Shown here one piece after another: positions 12,112 to 25,600 of a stretch of DNA of 64,000 nt. A program made the translations under genes and the position numbers. Origin of the DNA: Geosiphon pyriformis uo1 (lineage: Eukaryota; Fungi; Glomeromycota); assembly GCA_016748015.1 (NCBI GenBank), contig JAAOMT010000175.1, forward strand, positions 470,212-534,211, given 5' to 3'. Numbering within the stretch: position 1 is the first letter of the stretch; each line of letters starts with the position of its first letter. A model generated the notes under the pieces. That model ran no database searches, was not told where the DNA came from, and saw only the letters and a list, made by a program, of their open reading frames with translations.

Positions 12112-13539
12112 ACGGATAATTCTTTAAGTAGGCTGAATACTCTTAGTATGAAAGCTGGTGCTGTTGCTTTTTTTGAGGATATTGATTTGGGTTTAAATGT
12201 GGAGGTTTCTGGGTTAGTTTCTTCTACAATGGCAGAGTTGCAGGCCATTGCTCTGGCTCTCGAATGTGTTTCTCCTTCTTGTTTGGTCGACTTGTTTTCA
12301 AACAACCAGACTGCTTTAGATGCATGCAAATCAGAATCCTTGTTGACTTGTCCGGATTTCAAAAATTGGTGTTGGATCAAGCATCGCCACATTGCTGATG
12401 TCATTTGACACAAAAATTTGAATGTTAATTGGATTAAAGTTAGAGGTCATTCTGGTGTCTTGGGAAATAAGCGTGCTGATGCTTTTGCTGGAGCTGCTGT
12501 ATTCTCTAATATGCATCTTCTTCACATAATTAATGAATATTTTCTCAAGACTGGTGGTACTGCAATGTCCAGCAATTCTAGGCATTTTGTTTGTAATGTT
12601 TTCCAATCTGTTTATCATGCATGCTGGGAGATTGGTTCTGATTTCTGAGTCTTGGTAAATAGCCTACATGCTAATGTTGATTGGTCTAAATCTTCTTTGG
12701 TGTGGCATCTGAACTTTCATTTGGCTGCTGGTTTCACTAGTGTTTGGACTGCTGGCTTATGGACATATTTTATGAAGGCATTGCATCATTGTCTTCTGGT
12801 TGCTGTGTGTAAGCATCTTTATAATAGAAGTTATTCCAGTATAATATGTCTATTCTGTGGTAATGTTGAGGTTTTGAACCATGTGTTTTCTTGCCCATTT
12901 GATGCTGCTGGTTGTGTTCAGTTAGTGAAGATTCATGCGTCTGCTTGGGAGGCATGCTCAGACTTATCTCGCTCTTTTTCATGTGTTTTGCAGTTGCTTT
13001 CTACTTGCTTCTCTGATGTTGGTATTGGTACAGCTTTGTGTAAGGGCTTTGTTTTCAAGGAGTGGTATTGTGAATCTGCTGCTGTTTTTAGAGACTCTAA
13101 GATAGCAGCTCAGAATATTGTGGCCTTTATGCATGAATTTTGTCTTGTGTTTTGTGATAATGTTTGGCTAGTACGTGCTAAGCACCAGGTGGTTATGGAA
13201 AAAAGTGGCATGATCTTGCATAATGGTTCTGTTCTTGTTTCTGTCTCTGGTCTTTCTTTGGTGCTTTTGGCTGGTGTGGTTAGATTGTTAGGTATTGTGG
13301 ACGCATTTGGTGTTTATTTTGGATTTTGTAAATCTTGTTTATTCTTTTTTGGTTTAGGTAACATGGTTTCAGTGCATATAAGCACCTAGTGTTGTCCTGA
13401 CTAGCCTGAGTGGCTGGTTATGTGTAGAAAACACATAATTCACACTTAGTTTAGATCACTTGTATGATGTATTATACTAGATAGTGTTTGGACCTTACTT
13501 GTTAAATTAAAAAAAAATAAAAAAAAAATAAAAGTAGAA

Positions 13540-13965
13540 TAAAAAACTATTTTGGTTTAAAAAAAAACTAAAACATATATATTCATAATCTAAAAAATTT
13601 GAATAAATATTTTAGAAAATTTGTTATTAAATCTGAAATTATAAAGATATATAAACTTCTAATTATAAATATATTAATAAGTAGTAATATATTCAAATAT
13701 TATTTCTAAGACAATAAAGCTAAAAGTAAAAATAAAATTATTAATAAGCTATCTGACTTAGAAAACTTAAAAAACATAATAGTAAAAAAAACTAGTTATA
13801 TTAATTCAAGTAGTTTAAGTAATAGAAAATTCATAAATAAAACTACATTAAAAAACATTTATACTTAATTATATTATTTAAAAAAGTCTTCTAAAAAGTT
13901 GTTTTTTAATATATTAAGTAATAATAATATTCTTGGTTTTTTATTTATTGGTTCTATTTTGTATT
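13540..13965 (+). mobile_element. Highly decayed LINE ORF1 fragment
   Basis: LSDLENLKNIIVKKTSYINS-like segment (~13750-13810) resembles the ORF1 EETS region, cf. ~58910-58970 and 26348. Confidence 0.45.
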
Positions 13966-14679
13966 TAATATTGTTATGATTGAAATTTATGGTTTTTATT
14001 AATTATCACATGTATTAGCCATTAATATTATATAATTAGCCACCCTATTTTTAGATAGTAATTATTAATCTGATCAATGATCTGACTATTAACTTGATTA
14101 TTGACTACTTTTAATCACTATATAAGTGATAAATTTCTTAGCTGTAGAAAAGCATGTAAGAATCAAAAGAAAATAAAGAAATAAAATAACAATTTTATTT
14201 TAATCCTTCTCTTTTTGCTAATTTCTCTTTTTTTACTTTTAAGTATCTGAATATCTTAAAATAAAAGGTTACTTGTTGGCATTTATTTACTTTTTTTCTA
14301 ATTTGTGTAATTGTAGCATTTAAAGATTATTGAATAAAATATAACTAAAGAGCATATCTGATATCTGATATTGAATTTTAAGAGTATCAATATAAGATAT
14401 AGAATTATACTAGTGTATTATTATTTGTTAACAATATAGACTATCCTTCTACTTTTAAATTTTTCAGTTATTTTTTGAAAAGAATAGCAATTAAGATATT
14501 TTATGAAACTAATTTTATACATTGAATCCATATTTATTTAATTCACTCCTTAAAATTAAATCTCTTTAATTAATTTTATTATTATATAATTTTGTTTTTT
14601 CTTGTTATCTATTAGCTTATTACTTTAACTCATAATAATATTTTAAATAGACTTAATAGAATATATTTGTAATATTTGG

Positions 14680-17600
14680 TGTTTATAATTTGGTATTGGA
14701 AACAAATTAAGTTTAAATAAATTGGTTTTAGTAGTAAAATCAATTATCAGTTTTTGAAAATTTTTCTGTTTAAAGTTTTATCTGTTGAGTTTTTTATTAT
14801 AAAGCACAAAAATATTATTTTTTTCAATTGTGTTATTATGATTGTATTTTTTTTTGAGTTAATAAACACAATTATTAAAGTTTAATATTGTTTTTTTGTT
14901 TTTTTAATAAGTTAACAAAATAAAGTTAATATTCAAACCTAAAGAAAACTTTTTTTTTTACCAAACTATTATAAAATCTATTCTTAAATAGTCAATTTTT
15001 AATATTGCTACTTTACAAAAAAATAAAAAAATAAAAAAAAATTAGTATTTTATTAATTGTTATAATTAAAAATAATTGGTTCTAGTTATTAAAATTTTAA
15101 AAATTTTATGTTAATTTTATTTGGTCTAAAATAAAGATAAACAAAACAATTAATTAGATTTCAATACTTAAAGCATTTAAAATTTTAAACTTGTAGATTT
15201 AACAATAATATTTTATTTAGTAAATTTAAAATATAAAAGATAAAAAAGAAAAAAAAATTTTTAAGACTAAAAATAAGATAAAAATATAAATTAGATATTT
15301 GTATATTTTTTTTTTATTTGTAAAAATTACTCATTTTATATATTTTTTTTAGTTTTATAAAATTGTTTTTAATTGCTTATTATTATTAACTATTGTTTAT
15401 TATTTTAACTATTGTTTTATTTTTTTGTATTATAATTAATTATCTTATATTATTATTAATTTTTCTGTGCTATTTTGTATTATTATATATTATTATGTAT
15501 TATTATGTATTATTATGTATTATTTTGTAATATTTTATATTATTTTATGTTATCATATTTTTTTTATGTTATTATATAGTAATCATATTTTTTTTAATAG
15601 TTTTGGATTAGTTTTTTTATTTAGATAATATTATTTTTTTCTTTTAAAATTAAGCTTTTACAAAATTTTTCAAAGTTAATTTTTGAGTATAATATTCAAA
15701 TATTATATTAAATATTGTTTTTTGTAATTTTTTAATGTTGTTAACTGTAATTATTTTTATTATACTGTTTGATAGTAGTGCTGAATAGTATTTAAATGTT
15801 ATATACAGTTTGTAAATTGCTTTGTAATATAATATTAGATTGTTTTTTTTAATAAATTGTTTTATTTGTTTCAAAACTTTTTTATTAAATATTTAGTTAT
15901 TATTATTAACATATAATATTTATAAATCCAGTTTTTTACTAATTTTAAAGAAATAATATGTTGATAAAAAATCTTTTTTCTATATTTTAAAGATCTTAAG
16001 TATCTATTTTCTTGTGTTTAGTTTTATTATTAAGTTGTTCAAAGCTTTTTTTACTTCTTTTATTATTTGTATATTAAGATTTTTTTTGTTTATTATTAAG
16101 TAAAATTGAAATATTTAATTTTAATTAAATTTTTGTTCTTTTTATTTTTGTTTACTGTTTTGTATTGTAATTCTATTTTGTCAATAATAATTTTTAATAA
16201 TGTTATTGACTATTAAATGGCTTTAAACAATTGTTATAAAAGCTTTAAAATAGTGTTTAAAATAGTGTTTAAAATATTTATAGTAAAAAAGTTTTGGGGT
16301 TTTTTTGGTTATTGGGATAGTGTTTATAACTTAAAATTTTCTATATCTTAACTTATAATTAATAAGCTATATTTAATAATAATAATTAATTTTAGATTTT
16401 ATGAAATATTTTCAGATATGACCAATAAAATTTGTGTTTTTAGTTGTAATATAATTGATAATAATTTTTGTATTGTATAATAAAGTTTTAAATTATTTTT
16501 ATGTGTGACTTTTTTAAAATTTTGTTTTTTAATTATAGTTTATAAGTTCTATTGTTAAGAATTTTGTATATATAAAATAGTTTATCTTATTTTAAGTTAA
16601 ATTTTTTATTTTATTGTTTTTTAGCTTAAATATGATATAATAATACTTTATTTTTAATCTTGAATTTAACTAGTTGATTTAATAAGTAATTATCATATCT
16701 TTTTTTTTGTTATTTTTAAAAATTATTAATATTGTTAATTGTTGTTTTATAATTATTTTTTAGTGTTTTTATAAGTTAATATGTTTTTTAATATAAGTTA
16801 ATTTTAATATTTTTTTGGTAATTGTTTTTATTAAGAAAAAAAATATTTCTAATTCAATAAACAATATAATTTTTTTTTATAAACTAGTTTAAAGAATGTA
16901 AATTAAATAGTATTTTGCTTTAATATTCAAAAAATTTAATTAATAAATTAACATGAAATTACTTTTATAATTTTTATTATTAATTAGCCTATAAATATTA
17001 TTTTAATTATTATTATTATTTAATTATATTATTAAATATTACTATCTAATTAATAATTTAATTTGTATAATACACAAATAAAATAATCAAATTATGCAAT
17101 ATTTTAAACTCCATAACAGTTAAAAATTTACTGAAATTTATAAAATTTTATAAAATAATTTAATAGTTTACTAAAATAATTTATAATTTGTAAAAATAAC
17201 TTGTAATTTACTAAAATATATTTTTAGTTTGTTAAAAAAAAATACAAATTTAAAAAATAGTATTATAATAGGTTGTATAAAAAAAGAGCTTTTTTTTTGG
17301 AAAAAAATGTATTTTAGCAGAAAATAATAATCTTATCTTCTATAGAATAAATTTCTTAGTACAAATTAATAAAATATTAAATATTTAAAAACATAATTTA
17401 ATTTAATTAGGTATAAATTAAAATCTAGAAAATTTTAATTAACATTTTGAAATTGATTAGCTACCAATTTCAATAATCTATTAGTAATTTTAAACTTAAA
17501 CAAAAAACAATTTTCTTAATAAAATTTTTTTTTTTACATTTTTTTTATATTTTTTATATTTTTTATTATAAATTATTAAAGTAATTTACAATCAAGATTT

Positions 17601-18231
17601 TTATATAAAAGTTTATTTTTATAGCAAAGTAACTACATATTTTTAATAAGCTTTTAGATAAACATTTTTTGAAAAAAGTTGATTTTTACTATAAAGTAAC
17701 TATATAAGTAACTAGTATAAAATTGGCTATTTTACTTTTAAGCTTAGCAATTTAAATTATAAAAAATAATTTAAAAATAAATTCAGTTATTTAAGATTCA
17801 ACTGCTTTTAGTAATTAAAATTAATAGCAAAACAATATTAACAACATTTAAAAAAAGAAACCAAAAACCTCTAATAATATCAATATATAAATAGTACTAA
17901 AAATATAAATAAGTCTTATTTTTGTGTATTTTTATAATTTATTTTTGTTAATATTTCACATAATATTTAGTTAAATTATTCTACCAATTTATTTGTCTAA
18001 AAATAATATAAGAATAATAAGAATTATTTTATTTTAAATTATTAACTTAGTTTTATAAAAATATTGTTAACAAAATAAATTCTTTAATTAAACAATAATT
18101 TTTTCAGATATTTATGTTAACAGATTAGATCTTGATATACAAACTTAGCTATTGTTTTAATATCTGCAATTTGAATAGTTTAGGCTTTTGGCTATTTGGT
18201 AAAATAGTTTATAACTATAACAAAATATTAA
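14680..18231 (-). mobile_element. Decayed Gypsy 3' remnant (integrase core and C-terminus, ORF3, PPT, 3' LTR ~14680-15630), interrupted by a solo LTR
   Basis: 17880-18230 and 16550-16920 align by eye to the integrase at 42760-43470 (NYFTK*PKA..AKFVYQDLIC). ORF 15650-15874 is homologous to ORF3. PPT-like 15631-15646. Left boundary approximate. Confidence 0.7.
16924..17879 (+). repeat. Solo LTR of the second Gypsy family
   Basis: Reverse-complement homologue of LTR 56647-57541 (e.g. ttttgaaattgatta.ctac.aatttca.taat). No adjacent PBS or PPT. Boundaries approximate. Confidence 0.7.
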
Positions 18232-21200
18232 TTTTTTTTTTTTTTATACATTTATTGAGTAAAGTCCAAACACAACCTAAAACCATACATCAAATAATTG
18301 ATCTAAATTAAGCATGAATCATGTACTTTCTACACGTGACTAGCCACTCAGGCCAATTAAAACAACACTATGCACCTATATAAACAGAAACTGCATCTAA
18401 AGTGCCTGAAACGAACAAACTAAATTTGCACAAACCAAACTTAATGTCCAATGCTTTATCAATACCCAACAATCTGACAACCCCAGCTGAATACAGGGAA
18501 GACAGACCAGAAATAGAAATCAGCACAAAACCGTCTCGAGGAATTAACTCATGCTTTTCCATAAAGGCACAATGTTTGACATAGACCAACCAAACTTCAT
18601 CTCTAAAAGCTAGGCAAAAATCATAGACAAAGTCCACAATTTTCACACCAGCAAGTTTTAGGTCACCAAAAACAGAAACCGTCTCAAAAAACCAATCATT
18701 AAAAACAAAGCCTTTGCATAGAGCAACACAGACCAAGGTATCAAAAATACATGAAGAAAGAGTTCGCAGCACATGAAAAGAAGGGCCATGAAGGCCAAAA
18801 ATGCCTTCCCATTTAACCACATAATCACCAAACAGCCAATCACGATTAGCAAAGTCAGAATCACAAGAAAAAACATGGTCCAAGACCTCCACACTTCCAC
18901 AAAACAAGCAAATCACACTAGGGTAACTCCTATCATAAAGGCATTTGCGAACGGCCACAAGCAGTCTATGATGTAAAGCTTTCATAAAATATGTGCTCAA
19001 GCCAATGGTCCAAATACTGGTAAAGCCAATAGCCATGTGTGAATCGGAATGCCAAACAGAAGAGGATCTGTGCCAATCGATATCTGTGAGCAATTCGCCA
19101 ATGACAACCCTATTATCCGAACTGAAACCCCAATGCGAACGGATAAATGTCACGCACAAAATGCCTAGAATTATCTGAAACCGGACTACTACCAGCCAGG
19201 ATAAACTGCTTGTCCAGCCGGGAGGGAAGAACAAAATCAGAAAGAGCTGCACGGCCAGCCAGATTATCAGCCCGGTCATTACCTACAACACCAGAATGTT
19301 CTTTAACTTTATACCAGCTAACATCCAACCTTTTAGCACAAACAAGACCAGCAATATGATGGTGCTCCACCCAACAACTATTTCAAAAATCCGGATGTGC
19401 AAAACCCAATTCCGACCTGCAAGCGTTCAATGCGGCCTGACTATCTGAAAATAAGCTAACTTTGCTAACTGCAGGAACACACTCAAGAGCAAGTGCAATA
19501 GCTTGCAATTCCACCAAAATAGATGACAACAAACCCGAAACCTTAACACCTAAACTCATATTAATATCATCAAAGAAAACCGCCACATCTGATTTAACAC
19601 TGAAAGTACCCAAACCAGCCAAGGATCCATCAGTATAGACCGAAAGGCTATCAGCACCCAATTCCAATAAATGATTACAAACCAAATCAAAATCAGTGGA
19701 TTCCAAGACACTAGGAGCAGAAGAAATACCCACCGAACAGTTATGAACAGAAGAAGATGACTCTGTACCACCAAGATAACCAACAGAGACACCAAACCAA
19801 TTAGGAATGGGACCATGTGGATCCAGCCTTTTCCAACACTTGAAAGTCTTCCAATTAAAAACACCACTATTGTGTTGATGCAGTTGTTCCACAAAGGCAA
19901 TTTTATACCACCAAAGTGAGGAGAAACACCTAAAGAATTTCACCTTCCCAAAAACCAAAGACATGAGAGTTCTACAGGAGAATCAGAATGCACTGGGGCC
20001 AGGACTACTAAAGAATAAGCTGCAGTCAGCAAAAATACAAACCACACCCGCCAGAAAATTGTTTGAGGGATTTAATTTTAAACAAACCAGGAAGACCAAA
20101 GGGTGCACAGAACGCCAGCTCAAAGTCTATAAGTCATGAGACCTATGGAAAAACAACTGACCCAGGATTTCAACAGCATTGGCAAAATACACTATGAATG
20201 CCGAATTACTTTCAGCCTGAATCTGCTCAAAAGTCTTTAAGCTGTAAAGGGATAGATGATGAAGAGCATCATTGGGAAAGTCCAAAGAAAGACCCGCCTT
20301 GGATTTGAAGCCTTTATGAATCAGAGCGTCCCATTTACAGCAAACACTAAGTGGAACAAAACTAAACTGCATTCTATAATTGACAATAAATTGCAGAACT
20401 ACTGAAACCAAATACAAAAACTGCTTATCAGAGATGGCCTTTTTCAGGACGAGATTGGTGAAAAACTGAATATCTGAATGCACCTTGGCCAAATTGGGCT
20501 TTGACAAACCATCCGTACACAGAAAGATGCCCAAATACTGGTAAGGTTCCTCTTTCTTGGCAATAGAAATTGGTGAACCACTGATTGTCAGAAAGGGGCT
20601 CACAACCCTACAGTTAATGGGAATTGTCACTGTTTTGTTATTGTTAATTGAAATATCATTAATTCTAAAAAATTCACTAGCAACATTAAGAATGTGTTGT
20701 GTTGCAGCCTGACTGCTACCGACCCAAATTGTATTGTCCACAAAAGCACCAGCTGCAAAGAAAGAAGAAAAACCAGCTTGAGGTTCAACACGGCCAGTCT
20801 TAGCAATGAAATGAGAATTCAACCTATATCCACAAAATTCTTCTTGCCTCTTAACTTCACACAAAAGAGAATCATAAAATATACGCCAAAGAAGAGGTGA
20901 GAACACTTTTTCTTGATCGAGATCATCATGGACTTGATAACCATCAGTTAAGTCAAAGTCAGTCATTATTTGGTTGACTCGGTTATTGTGAATGCCACCA
21001 AAAAATTGAATGAATCTGTCACACATCTTAATCCTAATTAGACTCTTTTTCAAATGCTCCTAGCCAACAGAATCATAGGCCTTCTTCATGTCCTGCAATA
21101 CCAGCCAAAGTTCATGGTTCTTTTCTAGAGCATCCTCAACCACAGAGCCAATAGCAAAGATAGGAGACTGTGTCATTGTGCCCTTCAAAACAGAAAAATT

Positions 21201-22652
21201 GTCACTGCGGAGAACATTGTGAGTACTGCATGCCAAAGAAATTCTGTCTGAGAGAATCTTTGAAAGAATCTTACAAGTGGTTTCAATCAAAGCAATGGGT
21301 CGGGTGTTCGTAAGAACTCCTTCCCACTCATAAGGTTTGGGGATCATAGACACCCAAGCTTCCCTCCAAGGACTAGGAACTAACTCACAGAGCAAACAAG
21401 AGTTCAAGAGCACCAACAACATATCCAGAACCGATTTGTCACAATGCTTCCAAAGCTCATTCGAAATACCAGACAAACCAGCAGCTTTATCATTAGGCAA
21501 GTCTGACACAACACTAAGCAACTCAACAGAACTAATAGAGTCCATTATTTTCAAAAATGCCTCATCAAATACATACTCCAAGGGTTGGTACTGGCGACAC
21601 CAATCAGCAGAGACATTAGCAACCAACTTGCGTTTTCTGGTCCAGCTTTCCATGATAACATCCACCTTAAATTTAACCAAACTAGGATCCAAAACCAGTT
21701 CATCATTGACAACCAAATAATCCAATACCACCTTGTGAAAGGAGTGCTTTAGCACACTCTTAATTGTATGACCCTTATCCACTTCAAAACTTTCCATCCT
21801 TCTACTAACTGCTGATCTGATACGAGATTCTTTAACACGCTTTGACTCGGACAATTTAGAGGAATGATACAACTTCCTGACTCTGAACAAGACAGATCTT
21901 ATGACCTCAAAATACGACCCCAAAAGAAAAAGAGACTCCACCACAAAAACATTTGTAGCGTCCAATGAATTCCACATACTTAGTAGTGCAACAAATTCCT
22001 TAAAAGAAACCAAATGTGATGCTTTAACTAGTTTAGACACCAAAAGTTCTAGCTTGTGAAACTTATAAGATTCCTTAGTAAACACATTATCATAACTTTT
22101 GAACCATTTTTTTTTGAAAATATCACTCGCTGATAAGCACACAATTTTGTGGACAACGTCCTACATAGCATTCAGATCCAGAAACAATAGAGCAGCATCA
22201 AACTTGCCCTTAAACATCACTGTGGTGGCAGTAGAAAATTCTTTGAATGCAGTCTATTTGGCAGTCATAGCATCTTTAAAATTGAACTTCCACCAATCCT
22301 TATTCGCCTGCTTATAAAAGGACATCAAATTAACATCCAAGAGACCACCCAGGCCCACGGAAACAGCAACAGCCCTATAATCAATATCAAAATATTCATT
22401 AACCCTGGCTACACTTCAATCTAAGATTGCGTTGACCAAGTTCAATAACACAAACACATAATCAATAACCTTAGCCAACCCTTAAGAATTGGTCCAAGTT
22501 GCATTCCTCCCAAACGAACTCCCTCCCAAGGCATTGACCAAACCCAAATCAAAACATTTCCTGAAACTAGCACACCTGTGAGAGCCATCTTCATTGAAAT
22601 TGCCGCCCAATATCACGAAAGATGACTCATTAACAGCTTTAGCAATCAAAGA
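18232..22652 (-). mobile_element. LINE 3' piece (APE C-terminus, RT, RNase H, CCHC, 3'UTR, poly-A); best preserved ORF2
   Basis: ORFs 21060-22142, 20127-21053, 19383-19964 and 18368-19279 carry RPIALIE, QDMKKAYDSV, GAFVDN, VYTDGS, LFSDSQ, CLFC..H..C. Poly-T at 18232-18245. Confidence 0.93.
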
Positions 22653-25600
22653 TACTTAATATCCATTAGTCAACCCAAAATCTATCATAACCCTGTTGAC
22701 CCAACTATTATGAATGCCACCAAAAAACCAGATAAACTTGTCACATATCTTTATTCTGACTAAACTCTCCCCAGCCAACAGAATCATAAGCTTTTTGCAT
22801 ATTCTACAATACCAGCCACAGTTTACGGTTCTTTTCCAAAACATCTTCAATAACTGACCCAATAGTAAAAATAGGAGATTGTGTGGTCATACCTTTTAGA
22901 ACAGAAAAATTATCCCTTCTAAAAACATTAAACTTACTGAACACAAAAAAAATTCTGTTCGAAAGAATTTTAGAAAGAATTTTGCAAGCTGTCTCAATCA
23001 AAGCAATAAGACAGGTGTTCATGAAAACACCTTTTCACTCATACAGTTTGGGGATCATTGACACCCAAGTCTCCTTCCAAGGCCCAGGAACAGATTCACA
23101 ATCCAAGCAAGAGTTCAAAAGCACCAAAAACATATCCAAAACTGACCTGTTACAATGTTTTCATAACTTATTTGAAATACCAAAAAGACCAGCCACTTTC
23201 CCATTAGGCAGATTTGAAATAACACTAGACATTTTATCAAAATTGATTGGGCACATCACATCAGAAAAAGTGTCATCAAAAACGTACTCCAAAGGCTGGT
23301 ATTGGCAATGCCATACACTAGGAACAATAGAAACCACATTGTGCTTCCTAATCTACTCTTCTATGACCATATCTACCTTGGTTTTAATCAGATTAGGTTC
23401 CAAAACCAATTCATTATCCATGACCAGATGATCCAAAGTCACTTTGCAAAAGGAATGTTCCAGCACATTTCTAATAGTATGACTTTTGTTCAATTCAAAA
23501 CTTTCCATCTTCTTATCTATTACTGACCTAATTCTAAATTCCTTAACACATTCCACTTCTGATATTTTGGAGGAGTGATATAACTTCCTAACTTTGGACA
23601 AAACTGATTATATGGCATCAAAAGAGGAATCTGACAAAAAAAAAGACTTCACCATAGAAGCATTAACTAAATCCAAACTCTTCTACTTGCCAAGCAAGGA
23701 CGTAAATTTCCCAAAAAAATCCAAATAAAACGTTTTAACTAACTTTAACACTAAAAGCTCCAGCTTGTGAAATTTGGATGACTTCTTAACAAAAACATGA
23801 TCATAGTTCTTGAACCATTTCTTTTTAAAAACTGCTTCAACAGACAGACATAACACTTTACAGAAAGCAACCCATATTGCATCCAAGTTTGAGTGCATTC
23901 TAGCTGCAAAAAAGTTGTCATGTAGCATAGCAGCATTTGCCACCATATCATCCTTAAATTTGGCCCATCTAATACCATTTGCACCTTTGCAATTGTACTT
24001 ACAACAATCCTTATTTGCCTGTTTGCAAACAGAATTCAAGTGAACATTAAGCAAACCACCCAAACCTACTAACACTAAGACAGCCTGATAATCAGTATCA
24101 AAGTATTCCTTAATACCAAACACGCCATGACCCACTATCACATTGACCAAGTTCGAAGAAATGAGCATATAATCTATTGTCTTAACAACACTTTGAAAAT
24201 TGGACCAAGTTGGTGATTTCTCACAAGAGCTTCCACTCAAGACATTAACCAAACCAAAATCCAGGTATTTCTTTAAACTAGTATACTTACAAGAACTGTC
24301 TTCATTAAAATCATCTCTGAAAATAATAAAAGAAGATTCATTAACAGCTTTTGCTATAAGAGAATTGATATTGCTAGTCTGAGAAAACCAGGCCACCAAA
24401 GAGATGTCAGCGTAAAGCCCCAAAATTGACACAGAAAGATTATTTTTGAAAAGCAACTTGATAGACAGGAGCTGACTAGGCATTTCTGAAATTTTGCATA
24501 CATGTTTTGCCAAAGAAGAGTTCATGACAACCACAACACCAGCACTCAGATAACCAGATTCTAAACCAGAGATAAACACCTGCATACCATCAAATTTATT
24601 GACAATCCAGGGGTAAACTTTCTCTTTCAATTTTGACTCTGTAAAAATAGAAACTAGATTGTTCTTTTCCTTATGCCAATGAATAATATTATCCTGTTTC
24701 GCAGGATTGTTTATTCCTCTAATATTACAAGTCACAACTTTCCATATCATATCACTTATTGAGAAAAAAGAGGAGAAACCGAACTAACATTGTCTATTTT
24801 AGCTAAAAAACTCATAACTGTGATCAAAAAATTGTTCAATGTTTTTTCCAATCTCAAGATAACTGTAGGATTGAAAACCACCACTCCTGCAACAGTCTTA
24901 CCACCAGTGGCCACACCCAAACTCTTACTTATCACTATATCTGCCTCTTGATTTTGTGATGAAGAGGTCACCAATAGCTGACATTCAGGACTAAGCTGGG
25001 AAACCATTGGCTCAGATGTGCTCAATCTCATAGTCAACATGTCAACATGCTCTGTAAAGTTGGCAATACTGCACTCAAGAGTGACAAACCTATTATTCAA
25101 TTCCAAAGATACCAATGGGGTAGGCTTCATCTTTGAAGAGAAGCCAGCTCTTAACAAAACATTCTGAACAGGAAGAGGAAGAAAAAAAAACCCATCAGCA
25201 ATTTGCACCTATAAGACACCATCAAAAGAAACAGGACGAGCAACCAGAGCTGAATGTTTGGCATAAATGGCAGCCAGTCTGCTTTTATCCGAGTTCAAGA
25301 AAGTTTTTCGCAATGAAGCACCAGAAGGAACACTCTTTTTTTCACCAACAGGGCAAGCCAATGATGTATGACCCAATTTTCCACACCCAGCACACTTGGC
25401 CGAAACAAGACAAGACCAGTGCAGATTGGCCCCTCTCAGTACTGGCATGGTTTCTATGACAGCATTTAATGACTCAACAGAATCAAAACAAACAGTAGCA
25501 CACCTGGCCCAGACATAAGAAACTGGATGATGGTCAATTACACAAGTTTTCTCATCCACTGAAGTGACATAATTCCAAATATCATGTACATTGGTTCCCA

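Larger units (their letters stand above)
766..13533 (+). mobile_element. LINE 3' piece (RT C-terminal half, RNase H, CCHC, 3'UTR, poly-A), interrupted by a Gypsy insertion at 2062-12111
   Basis: RT motifs HDGLDQ and GAFVDDTIW. RNase H FT|TDNS..AELQAIALALE..KVRGHSGVLGNKRAD (12112-12480). CLFC-x7-H-x3-C at ~12847-12895. ORF2 stop at 13389; A-rich tail ~13509-13533. Confidence 0.9.

Noticed and set aside
13972-14684. Additional LTR (TGTTA...TGTAATA followed by TTTGGTG)
   Set aside because: No partner copy or internal domains are identifiable in the window; too decayed to call.
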